DNA from: Octopus sinensis
Lineage: Eukaryota
Reading direction: 5' to 3'
NCBI RefSeq assembly: GCF_006345805.1
Contig: NC_043010.1
Location: 28,582,001-28,646,000, forward strand
Length of the DNA: 64,000 nucleotides
Part shown: positions 13,973-25,139 of the stretch, one piece after another
Numbering within the stretch: position 1 is the stretch's first letter
Layout: each line of letters starts with the position of its first letter
Made by a program: the position numbers and the translations under genes
The notes under the pieces: model-generated
Told to the model about the DNA's origin: nothing
The model's input: the letters and a program-made list of their open reading frames with translations, nothing else
The model's database searches: none

Positions 13973-14008
13973 AATATATATATATATTATATATATATAT
14001 ATATATAT
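13280..14008. repeat. (TA)n array interrupted by an isolated SINE head at about 13835-13885
   Basis: Directly visible; ggaggcacgtggcttagtggttaggg is an A-box-like SINE start. Confidence 0.85.
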
Positions 14009-15087
14009 ATCATCATCATCATCATCATCATTTAACGTCCGCTTTCCATGCTAGCATGGGTTGGATGATTTGACTGAGGTGTGGCGAACCAGTCTCCAAT
14101 CTGATCTGGCAGAGTTTCTACAGCTGGATGCCCTTCCTAATGCCAACCACTCCGAGAGTGTAGTGGGTGCTTTTACATGCAACCAGCACGAGGGCCAATT
14201 TGGTGCTACTAGCAACAGCCACATCCAAAAGGTGCTTTGGCGACGTCCTCGCTCGAATGTTTCACATGCCACTACCACAAGTGCTAGTAAAGTGACGCAG
14301 TAATGATCACGCTTGAATTGTGTGCTTAACGTGCCATCAGCACGAAGGCCAGTTTGTTGCTCTGGCAACGATCTCACTCGTATGGTACTCTTAGCGCTCC
14401 ACTAGCAACGGATGCCAGTCACCGAGTTTAGTGTACAATGAAGAAAAGGCACGCATAAGTGGACTGGTTAAACCTCTAGCATAAGCCACAAGGTTATGGT
14501 CACGCTTGCGCTTGCCGAGTCTTCTGCAGCACAGCATATTTCCAGATGTCTCGGTCACTAGTCATTACCTTGGTGAGGCCCAATGTTTGAAGGTCATGCT
14601 TCACCACCTCATCCCAGGTTTTCCTGGGTCTACCTCTTCCACAGGTTCCCTCAACTGCTAGGGTGTGGCACTTTTTCACATAGCTATCCACATCCATTCT
14701 CGCCACATGACCACACCAGCGCAGTTGTCTCTCTTGTACACCACACCTGATGCTTCTTAGGTCCAACCTTTCTCTCAGGGTACTAACACTCTTTTGAGTA
14801 TGCACACTGACATTACACATCCACCGGAGCATGCTAGCTTCATTCCTTGCGAGCTTACGCATATCCTCAGCAGTCACGGCCCATGTTTCACTGCCATGTA
14901 GCATGGCTGTTCGTACACATGCGTCATACAGTCTACCTTTTACTCTGAGCGAGATGCCTTTTGTCACCAGCAGAGGTAATAGCTCTCTGAACTTAGCCCA
15001 AGCTATTCTTATTCTAGCAGCTACACTTTCAGTGCACCTTCCTCTGCTACTGATTTGGTCATCTAGGTAATGGAAGCTATCAACTAC

Positions 15088-15092
<5 letters not shown>
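14009..15092 (-). mobile_element. RTE LINE 3' portion (5'-truncated)
   Basis: [37 protein letters not shown], then degenerate 3' UTR repeats and (GAT)n tail. Confidence 0.92.
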
Positions 15093-15158
<66 letters not shown>

Positions 15159-15394
15159 AAATATGTATACATGTGTATGCATATATATATATGTATGTAT
15201 GTATATTATATATGTATGTATAAATATGTATACATATGTGTATGCATATATATATGTTTGCATATATATATGTATACATATGTGTATGCATATATATATT
15301 TGTATATATATGTGTATGCATATATATATGTATATATATGTGTATATAAGTATATGTATATATATGTGTGTATATATATATTATATATGTATGT

Positions 15395-15426
<32 letters not shown>

Positions 15427-15609
15427 GTGTATATATGTATATATATATATGTGCGTGTGTGTGTATATAAGTATATGTATATATATGTGTATATATATAT
15501 ATATATGTATATGTCTATATATATATATATGTGTATATATATATATGTGTATATATGTATGTATATATATATATGTGTTTATACATGCGTGTGTATATGT
15601 ATATATATA
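15093..15609. repeat. (TA)n/(TATG)n array
   Basis: Directly visible. Confidence 0.95.
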
Positions 15610-15626
15610 GAATTGTTAATCAGGAT

Positions 15627-16138
15627 GTCAAACATCTCAAGTCATATACGATATTATTAAAGGAAGAAATTCAAAATCTTACAGCTGTTTCTGTGATATC
15701 CCCGAGTATGGGATATTCCGTCATTAGAGACAGATTGGGGAAAAAATATGGAAAATGAGAATGGTATATATCAATCAGATGTTATTTAATGTTGACATGT
15801 TTGTGTCTTTTTCGCTGGATATCTACTATACAAGGACTGTAACCCACATGGATATACATAAGATTGCACCTCAGGACTCATGCTTTGCTTTCTATAACTT
15901 TGGAATGTTGAACTGTCAACTTTTATGCCTCTTCTTTTCTCCCTCTTTCCATCTTATTCTTTTACTCCCTTCGTCTATGTTATCATTTTATTGATATATA
16001 CCATTCTCATTTTCCATATTTTTTCCCCAATTTGTTTCTGATGATGGAATAGCCCATACTCGAGCATATCCCAGAAACAGCTGTAATTTTTTAATTTCTT
16101 CCTGTAATAATATCGTATATGACATGAGATGTTTGCCT
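15627..16138. mobile_element. Foldback element with about 150-bp inverted arms, each carrying a hammerhead-like motif (Penelope-like pLTR remnant)
   Basis: Arms 15627-15775 and 15990-16138 are reverse complements; right arm CTGATGA (16038-16044)..GAAAC-AGCT-GTA (16074-16085). Confidence 0.7.
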
Positions 16139-16302
16139 TGACTTAATGTTTGCCATCCTGTTTAACAATTATGTATCTGTTGCATCTGAAATCTGCAATG
16201 GCCCCCATATCTACCATCTCGCCTATAACCTTGGAGACCCAGTAATCCATTATAGCACCTGTGAACTAAACCCCCATACTTTGTATGTATATATGTGTGT
16301 GT

Positions 16303-16425
16303 ATCATCATCATCAACGTTTAACGTCCGCTTTCCATGCTGGATGATTTGACTGAGGGCTAGCAAGCCAGAAGACTGCACCAAGCTCCAATCTGATCTAG
16401 CAAAGTTTCTACAGGTGGATGCCCA
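16303..16425 (-). mobile_element. RTE 3'-terminal fragment
   Basis: catcatcatcaacgtttaacgtccgctttccatgct..gatgccc. Confidence 0.75.
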
Positions 16426-16700
16426 CATCTATATATGTCTCTCTCTATATATATGTATGTATATTCTACCAGCTGATGTATGTCGTTTTTGTATCCTCTT
16501 CATTTTCTTATTTGCTGTATAAATTAAGGGTAAACCACTTTTTACCCCACCCATGTATAACACTCAATTGTGAGATTGCCATGCAATAACCAGCACTTGG
16601 GTATGAATAATTGGGTACACTACCAGCAGTATATTGGATAGATGCTATCCTTTGATTGGTTTCCCAACCTCTAACTCATACAGAAATATATGTGTGTATA

Positions 16701-17530
16701 TATAGTGTAAGCTATGGACACATAAGAGGTGCAGCAATATCACAGGAAGGCTAACTGAGAAAATAGTTCTTGTATGTGGCAGGTGCTCAGGAGCAATAAA
16801 CACTGAAGACGTGCAGAGAACAACTTCCGTCACATTTCAGGGAGAAAAACTAGAAGTAGGGTGCACTGAAAGTGTAGCTACTAGAATAAGAATAGCCTTG
16901 GCAAAGTTCAGAGAGCTCTTACCTCTGCTGGTGACAAAGGGCCTCTCGCTCAGAGTAAAAGGGAGACTGTATGACGCATGTGTACGAACAGCCATGCTAC
17001 ATGGCAGTGAAACATGGGCCGTGACTGCTGAGGATATGCGTAAGCTCGCAAGGAACGAAGCTAGTATGATCTGATGGATGTGTAATGTCAGTGTGCATAC
17101 TCGACAGAGTGTAAGTACCTTGAGAGAAAAGTTGGACCTTACAAGCATCAGATGTAGTATGCAAGAGAGACAACTGCACTGGTATGGTCATGTGGCGAGA
17201 ATAGATGAGGATAGCTGTGTGAAAACGTGCCACACCCTAGCGGTTGAGGGAACCTGTAGAAGAGGTAGACCCAGGAAGACATGAGATGAAGTGGTGAAGC
17301 ACAATCTTTGAACATTAGGCCTCACTGAGGCAGTGACCAGAGACCGAGACTTTTGGAAATATGCTGTGCTTAAGAAGACCTGGCAAGCCAAGCGAGACCA
17401 TAACCTTGTGGCCTAAGCCAGGGATGTAACCAGCCTACTTATGCATACCTTCCCTTCATTGGACACTGCTTGCGAAGACCTGTTGAGGCAAGTGAAATCG
17501 AAATCAAATTCAATGACTGGCATCCGTACT
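16701..17530 (+). mobile_element. RTE LINE 3' coding portion with internal deletion
   Basis: [48 protein letters not shown]; the VDSFRYLGDQV segment is deleted. Confidence 0.9.
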
Positions 17531-17592
17531 AGTGTGTGTACATGTATATATATGTGTGTGTATATGTGTATATATATATATTATATATATAT

Positions 17593-18367
17593 ATCATCAT
17601 CATCATCATTTAGCATCCGTTCTCCATGCTAGCATGGGTTGGACGGTTCAACTGGGGTCTGTGAAGCTGGAAGGCTTCATCAGGCCCAGTCAGATCTGGC
17701 AGTGTTTCTACGGCTGGATGCCCTTCCTAACGCCAACCACTCCGTGAGTGTAGTGGGTGCTTTTTACGTGCCACCTGCACAGGTGCCAGACAGAGCTGGC
17801 AAACGGCCACGAACGGATGGTGCTTTTACGTGTCACCGGCACGGGGGCCAGGCGAGGCTGGCAACGGGCACGAACGGATGGTGCTTTTACGTGTCACCGG
17901 CACGGGGGCCAGGCGAGGCTGGCAACGGAGACGAACGGATGGTGCTTTTACATGTCACCGACATGGGGGCCAGACAGGGCTGGCAAACGGCCACGAACGG
18001 ATGGTGCTTTTACGTGTCACCGGCACGGGGGCCAGACAGAGCTGGCAAACGGCCACAAACGGATGGTACTTTTACGTGTCACCGGCACGGGGGCCAGGCC
18101 AGGCTGGCAACGAACACGAACGGATGGTGCTTTTACGTGCCACCTACACGGGGGCCAGACAGGGCTGGCGAACGGCTACGAACGGATGGTACTTTTACGT
18201 GTCACCTGCACGGGGGCCCTGATGTTGATCGACCTCAATTTGGTTTGATCTTGATTTTGACTGTTCTCACTGGTCTTGCCGGGTTTTCTCACGCACAGCA
18301 TACCTCCAAAGGTCTCGGTCACTGGTCATTTCCTTGGTGAGACCTAAAGTTCGAAGGTCGTGCTTCA
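17593..18367 (-). mobile_element. RTE 3' end with expanded array of about 61-62-bp units (7 full + 1 partial)
   Basis: (GAT)n tail at 17593; units start ggtgcttttacgtg at about 17756, 17819, 17880, 17941, 18003, 18064, 18126, 18188. Confidence 0.9.
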
Positions 18368-18846
18368 TATATATATATATATATACAGGTATGCAGGAAG
18401 TAAATAGACGCCTTTAATTTCCAAAATCTTTTATTTAATATGCAAAGCGAACAATTGAAATGTAATTGATAGGTAGGACTTCATACTTTAGTATTTAGAT
18501 GACATTCCCTTTGCAGTTTTTAATTCAGAAACTCTTTTTGGCATTGAACTGATGAGCTTTGTGATTGTCTCTTGTGGAATTTCTGCCCACTTTTCATGCA
18601 ACAATTGAAACAATTCATCTTTAGATTTAGTTTCTGTTGAGTTTTTCATATAGCTCTATCTAGTATGTTCCAAAGATTTTCAATTGTGTTCATGTCAGGA
18701 GATTGGCTCAGCCAAGGAAGCTTTTTGATCCCATTTTCAGTCAACCATTGTTGACTTCTTTTCGCTGTGTAGCACGGAGCCCCATCTTCCATGAATAAAA
18801 ACTCATTTTTCGTTATGTTCTCATGTGAATACATTGGAAGTAGTCC

Positions 18847-20406
18847 TTGCTATGGTTCCAACCCCCTCCATTTGATAGATCGGTACCTCCAATGCTTCGA
18901 TTGGTCATCACGCGGGACGAAGTCAAACGTGTTATTCAAGGCCTCGATGTCAACAAGGGTCACGGCCCTGACGGCATACACCCATGGGTTATCAAAGCGT
19001 TGGCTCCGGTCATCTGCGAGCCCTTAACACGTCTATTCAATATGTCATTGGCGACGGGTGTTATACCTGCGGACTGGAGAACAGCGATAATCTGCCCAAT
19101 TTTCAAGAAAGGGAGCTGCGAAGACCCGCTTAACTACCGACCGGTTTCCCTTACATCAATAATCAGCAAGATGTTCGAAACCATCCTTAAGAAAAGTATG
19201 ATGCTCCACCTCCAAAACACAGCCTCTATCTCTGATTCCCAACACGGCTTCGTGCCGAAGAGATCATGCTTGACCAATTTACTGGTAATGGAAGAATTGG
19301 TGACGCGCATCCTTGATGATAGTGATGCTGTTGACATCGTTTTATTGGACTTTGCCAAAGCTTTTGACTCGGTAAACCACCGCCTATTACTTGTCAAGCT
19401 TCAAGCATATAGTTTCCATCCGGATATTGTACGATGGGTTGGTGCCTTCCTCTCAGATCGCTCCTTCCAAGTTCAAGTTGATGGTTTGCGGTCCGACGTC
19501 TCCAGTGCAAGCAGTGGCGTGCCTCAAGGTTCAGTGCTTGGGCCCTTATTGTTCTTAGTCTTCATAAATGACTTGCCCGACGACCTCACGCAACACACCA
19601 TTCTATTTGCCGACGATGTCAAACTGGTCGCTCCTCGCGGTGATATAGAGGATCTTCATCGATGCCTCCACCAAATTTGGAGGTGGTCTAACGAATGGGA
19701 CCTGTGTCTGAACGTGTCAAAGTGCTGTCATCTGCCTGTTGGCTCTCCTCCTGCAACTCAACTTGATTTCAAGCCGGGTCGTCTGCTGCTGGAGAGGACC
19801 GATCAGGTAAAGGACCTGGGTATCTTGGTGGATTCCTCCTTTTCGCCTTCGGCCCAGTGCGTCCATGCTGCCAACAAAGCACGCGGAATTCTGTTCTTGA
19901 TTCGACGGTCATTCGGAATGCTCACAGCAGCCATATTCCTACCACTCTATGTCACGCTGGTGAGACCCATATTGGAGTACGGAATTCAAGCCTCTTCTCC
20001 TTATCTCCTCAAAGACATACAGCATCTCGAAAGAGTCCAGAAGCTGGCTACCCGCATGGTTCATGGTCTCAAAAATTTTTCCTATGAAGAAAGGCTGAGG
20101 ACGCTCGACCTTTATTCTCTAGAAAAACACCGCCGCCGTGGTGATCTCATTCTCGCCCACAACATCATAAGTGGAAAGTGTAACCTCTCGAAAGAGCTGT
20201 TCTTCACTCCTGCTTCAGAGCGTCGGCTGCGGGGTCATTCCGAAAAGCTCTACCTGCGACGATTTCATCTCAATCGAAGGAGAGGAGCTTTCTCCGTCCG
20301 GGTTGCGGATCCGTGGAACAAGCTGCCAGACGAGATGGTGAAGATGCCGACGACCGCTTTGTTCAAAGCCTCACTTGACCTCAAGTGGCCTGAACTCTTT
20401 ACATGA
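18847..20406 (+). CDS. Reverse transcriptase (ORF2, 5'-truncated) of a CR1-clade LINE, 519 aa without stops
   Basis: GPDGIHP, NYRPVSLTS, QHGFVPKRSCLTNLL, DFAKAFDSV, GVPQGSVLGPLLF, FADDVKL, LERVQKLATR, RRGDLI; the first few codons come from the Tc1 flank. Confidence 0.93.
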   Translation: MLWFQPPPFDRSVPPMLRLVITRDEVKRVIQGLDVNKGHGPDGIHPWVIKALAPVICEPLTRLFNMSLATGVIPADWRTAIICPIFKKGSCEDPLNYRPVSLTSIISKMFETILKKSMMLHLQNTASISDSQHGFVPKRSCLTNLLVMEELVTRILDDSDAVDIVLLDFAKAFDSVNHRLLLVKLQAYSFHPDIVRWVGAFLSDRSFQVQVDGLRSDVSSASSGVPQGSVLGPLLFLVFINDLPDDLTQHTILFADDVKLVAPRGDIEDLHRCLHQIWRWSNEWDLCLNVSKCCHLPVGSPPATQLDFKPGRLLLERTDQVKDLGILVDSSFSPSAQCVHAANKARGILFLIRRSFGMLTAAIFLPLYVTLVRPILEYGIQASSPYLLKDIQHLERVQKLATRMVHGLKNFSYEERLRTLDLYSLEKHRRRGDLILAHNIISGKCNLSKELFFTPASERRLRGHSEKLYLRRFHLNRRRGAFSVRVADPWNKLPDEMVKMPTTALFKASLDLKWPELFT

Positions 20407-20494
20407 ACACCACCCTGTACTTAACTCCATGTCCCCCTACATGGCCTTGCTATTTGCTTTTGAGCCAAATTAACTAACTAACTAACTAACTAAC
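18856..20494 (+). mobile_element. CR1-clade LINE insertion with 3' stem-loop and (CTAA)n tail
   Basis: 3' UTR hairpin ccatgt-ccccct-acatgg (20427-20444); tail aactaactaactaac to about 20494; Tc1 frame resumes on both sides. Confidence 0.9.
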
Positions 20495-21247
20495 ACATTT
20501 GATCAGCTCAGAACGACCGTTGCTGGTGACAACTCCCCATACCATTACAGAGATACTGCCATGTTTCACAGTTGGTTGGAGTTGTTTCAAATCAAATACT
20601 TGATTGGGAAGCCTCCAGACCCAAACATGTCCACTGTCTGAAAATAATGCAAATCTGGATTCATCTGAGAAAATCACTCTATCCCAAAATGAACTTGATT
20701 TTTCTGACATCTCCTTAGCTCATTTCTTTTTTTTCATGATATTCATTGGTTGAAGGAGAAGTTTTCTTGTAGTTGCTCGTCCATAATACCCAAGCTTATG
20801 CAGATATGTAACACACGTTCTTGGACTAAGTTGTTTTGCAATGTCAGAAGCCTTCAAATGGGTTTTCTTTTTCCACAATTCTCTTCAAACAGTGAAGCTT
20901 CCTTTCCGAGGACCCAGGTCGGCCAGGACGAGAGTCTGTTGATTCTTTTCCTTGGCTTTTAAATTGCACTATAACTCTATTAACAGTAGCAAGAGGAATT
21001 TGAAAATTTTTGGCAATTTTTTCTGGCTAAGACCAGCTTCAGATTGCCCAGCAATACAACCTCTTTGAAAATCTGACAGTTCTACTGAATTTTTTGTGCA
21101 TGGTTACTCTTTGCAGATGTTTAATATAATGGCACCTAGAATGAAAAAGAATAATTACATTGTAAATTCTACGCCGCTGAAAACATATTAAAACACTAAG
21201 ATCAGAAATTTTGAAAATTAAAGGTGTCTATTTACCTCCTATATGTC

Positions 21248-21287
<40 letters not shown>

Positions 21288-21289
21288 CG

Positions 21290-22947
21290 CACACATGTAT
21301 ATATGGTGGAGTTGCCATGTACATCTGCAAAACCTCATAACCCAGGTCCTTTTGTCACACTCAAATTCAGTATGTGACACACTAATTGTACATATAAGAC
21401 AACCCAATGTAGTTATATGTACTACATATCGCCCTCCAATGCTCAGAATCATGCAGACAAGTTTGAAGACTGCCTTACAAAAATAGAAGTTCTAGTTACA
21501 TTAGAACAACACATAAGCATACTTTTTATGAGAGACTTCAATCTGCCCAAGAATGGCGCGATGCAAACAAGGACAAGTGAAGTCCCTCATCAAGACTTTG
21601 TACATTGAACAAAAAGTACTCAAACCAACTAGGGCAGGTAATATACTGGATCTCTGCTTCACATATAATATGGATCTTGTCCATAATGTGAAAGTGATAC
21701 TGATGCTACTCTCGGATCACAACATGGTAGAACTGACCATGTACGGATCAAAGGAGACTGCGGACATGCAGCCTACAAGAAACTCTCAAAATCTTTGTAG
21801 CTTGAACTTCCATAAGGTAAACTGGAAACAAATTGAGAAAGAGATCCTTAGACAAAATTGGCTTAAATGTCTCTCCTCACTGGACATTGACATGTCAACA
21901 ATTCATGTCTGTAATGCAAGCCATATGCTACAAATGTGTCACGGAGACAAAGGCCACAAGATCAAAATCTCTGGGGAGAGGAAAATTCTTGGGATGGCAT
22001 ATAAAAATTTCAAATCACTTAAACAAATTGAAAGTAGTGAAAAATCCCGCTTGAAAATACAAATGCTGGAACTTGAAAAAAATCTGCAACTCTCCCATGA
22101 AAAAAAAAATAGCAGACAAGGAAGCCTGGGCTACAGACAATATAAAATCTAACTCCAGAGCCTTCTACAAGTTTGCCAAAGAAACAGCTTCAGCGCACTG
22201 CAGGATAGGGCCACTCTTTGAAAAAGATGGTTCACTCACAGGAAACCCAATGAGGATAAGTGAAATACTAAATGAGCAATTCAAAAGTATTTTCAATCTT
22301 CCAAGCAAGCTGAATGAGGGTAAAATATGTCCTATTCTTAAAGGTGGTAGCAGAGCAGAGGCCAAAAACTACAGACCTATCTCTCTGACCTTGCACATAG
22401 CAAAGTCATAGAACAAATAGTCAGAAGAAAACTAATCCCCTTTCCTTGAGGAAAATTAATTGTTGACTGACACTCAACATGATTTCCAACCAGGAAGAAG
22501 CTGCCTGACTCAGCTCTTACAGCACTATGACTGGATGTTGAAACAGCTGCTCAATGACTCAAATGTGGAAGTGATATTTCTTGACTTTGTAAAGTCCTTT
22601 GATAAAGTCGATCATGGAATGTCACAAACTCCAAATTTGCCATCAGGGTATAGGACAAGATACTGCAAAATAGCCTGGGTTTTAGGGGACCACAGCTCTT
22701 CAGCATCCTCCCGAAATGCCTGAGAGGCCTACATGGAGTGGATATAGGTGTTTTCAAAACGAAACTAGACTTTTTACTGTCAAGTGTCCCAGGTGAACCA
22801 ACTTCACAGCAGGAAGTGCAGATGAGGGCAGCAGCATCAGACTCCCTCATGCACCAAAAGTCAATTTCTAAAATGAATTAGTGAAGTAAAATTGTCTCAG
22901 CATAGTGACAGCTCATGAGCTGAAACTAGATCAAATCAAATCAACTC
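21290..22947 (+). mobile_element. Old CR1-like LINE remnant with internal deletions (APE and RT pieces, 3' end)
   Basis: TYRPP, RDFNLP, TRAGNILDLCF, SDHNMV; NYRPISLT, QHDFQPGRSCLTQLL, DFVKSFDKVDH; 3' end cagctcatgagctgaaactag. Confidence 0.82.
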
Positions 22948-23086
22948 ATATGTATATATATATATACATATATATGTGTGCTTGTGTATGTGTGTGTATG
23001 AATATGTGTGTGTATGTGTGTATATGCATATATGTATATGGGTGTATATATATATGTATACATGTATATACACATATGTATGTATG

Positions 23087-23156
<70 letters not shown>
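22948..23156. repeat. (TA)n/(TG)n array
   Basis: Directly visible. Confidence 0.9.
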
Positions 23157-23157
<1 letters not shown>

Positions 23158-23552
23158 TAGCAGTATCACCCGGCGTTGCTCGGGTTTGTAAGGGAAATAA
23201 CTATATAAGCATTTTTAGAGATGTAAAGTATAATAGCCATCTCAATATGGCTAACCACAAAGGGGGGTGTTACTGTAGCTTTTTACGTTCTGAGATTTAA
23301 TAATACATTTTTAGAGAGTTACTTCCCTTATATAATAGCAAAAAAAATGCATTAAAAAGGGGAAAAAATGATGGTAATTTTTTTTTTAAATCGTAGACTC
23401 ATTGTAGACGAGCACTAATACCCAGAAGGGCTCGATATGAATCACGACTATAAGATACCCGCTTTTGGTTACACTGCACCGCAAAATGTGGGAGTAGTTA
23501 GGAATCTAAATCGTAGGAGACAGACACACAACTTCACTTTTATATATAAAGA
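23157..23552 (-). mobile_element. Complete non-autonomous Helitron (396 bp)
   Basis: Minus strand A|TCTTTATATATAAAAG ... hairpin acccgagcaacgccgggt ... CTAG|T; inserted in an AT dinucleotide with no TSD. Confidence 0.85.
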
Positions 23553-24097
23553 TGTATTGTGGTTTGTTCCCAAACAACACTTATTTTAGTGCTGTTGAAA
23601 CCTTAATATCCAGGGGCAGCTGATGATGGAGGTATATTGGATTGTTGGTATGGCAGTGGAATAGTATTATAACACATCCTTTTGATACACACACACACAT
23701 GTATATATATATATATATATGTATTAGCTATTGTGTATATATGTGTGTGTGTGTGTACTAGCTGTTGGACTTGGCGTTGCTTATGTTCTCTGTGTTGAAG
23801 TTAAGCCCACCTCTGACCTTGTATTGAAATCTTCTACGTTCCCCATGCCAGCTATTACAAATTAAGATTTTATATCTGGTTCAGCAGGGATTTTACCCGG
23901 TTAATGCTTTCGACAAACTCCAGCATATTGGACCATCTGAAATCACAGTCAAACTTTTGGGTGTACCTCAACCCGTTGAGAGTGATGTTTGTTTATTTCT
24001 CTCCCCTTAATGCCATCCGCTGTACAGAATTGATCAGTGTATCCACTCTCAGCAAAATCCGAAGTAAAGTGTTAAGGCTATGTATATATGTATGTAT

Positions 24098-24330
24098 ATC
24101 ATCATCATCATCATCATCATCAACATTTAACATCCGTTTTCCATGCTAGCATGGGTTGGACGGTTTTGACAGAGGGCTGGCAACCAGATGGCTGCACCAG
24201 GCTCCAGTCTTGATCTGGCAGAGTTTCTACAGCTGGATGCCCTTCCTAACGCCAACCACTCCGAGAGTGTAGTGGGTGCTTTTTACGTACCACCTGCACG
24301 GGGGCCAGTCAGGCGGTACTGGCAATGGCA
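24098..24330 (-). mobile_element. RTE 3'-terminal fragment (one UTR repeat unit)
   Basis: (CAT)n, tttaacatccgttttccatgctagc, gatgcccttcctaacgcc, ggtgctttttacgt. Confidence 0.85.
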
Positions 24331-24549
24331 AAGTCCAACAGCTAGTACACACACACACACACACACCACACACACACACATATGTGTGTGTGTGTATGTA
24401 TAAGTATGTATATATATATATATATGTGTGTGTGTATGTATGTATATGTATATATACATATGTGTGTATGTATATATATATATATATGTATATATGTATT
24501 TATGTGTATATATATATATATGTATGTATTTATGTGTGTGTGTATGTAT

Positions 24550-24591
<42 letters not shown>

Positions 24592-25139
24592 ATATATATA
24601 TACATACTTTTTTTACTTGTTTCACTCATTTGACTGTGGCCAGTCAATAAGTGCCAGTGTATGAAACTTTGTGACTTCTGCTGATTATTTTTTTTAAATC
24701 AGCAAAAATTATTTTGATTTTATTTGATTGTATGACTCAATCACTGTGGTTTAAAAATAGGGATGCCCATTTTGTCATACCATGTCAAATAAATTTAGAG
24801 ATTACTGGAGAGAACTTGTAGTTTTCCCGTGCTTTTATTCACTCATGGGGAACGCTGTTGAAAACTTTCTAGTAATTAATCCATGAAAGTACTTAAGTTT
24901 TTATTCTTTGTATGACAGTTTTTCTAATATTTTGTTACTCATCAGATGGTTTTTACATCGATAGGAGTTCCATTTACTTTCTTTTTGTTCTTGTTTACTT
25001 CATTTTAAGTGTACAATTCTTTTAATAAGTATTGAAGTCAAAATTTTGTAAGTTGTGGTAAGGCATGTAATAGGTCTGTAGTTCTTCATTTTTTTGGTTT
25101 CTGGTCAATCAATTGGGGATTTTCTAAAATTTTGTATCA

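Larger units (their letters stand above)
18386..21249 (-). mobile_element. Tc1-family (DD34E) DNA transposon, decayed, interrupted by a CR1 insertion
   Basis: TIRs caggtatgcaggaagtaaatagacgcctttaattt (18386) and its inverted match ending 21249; TA at left; transposase remnants ELSDFQRG, PGRPG, FSDESRF, VMVWG, MEDGAPC..34 aa..IENLW. Confidence 0.9.

Noticed and set aside
17756-18220. CRISPR-like repeat/spacer appearance, and ORFs 17639-18340 and 55206-55718
   Set aside because: The spacers are homologous to each other, there are no cas genes, and the array is the 3' UTR VNTR of an RTE LINE; the ORFs are by-products of the repeat.
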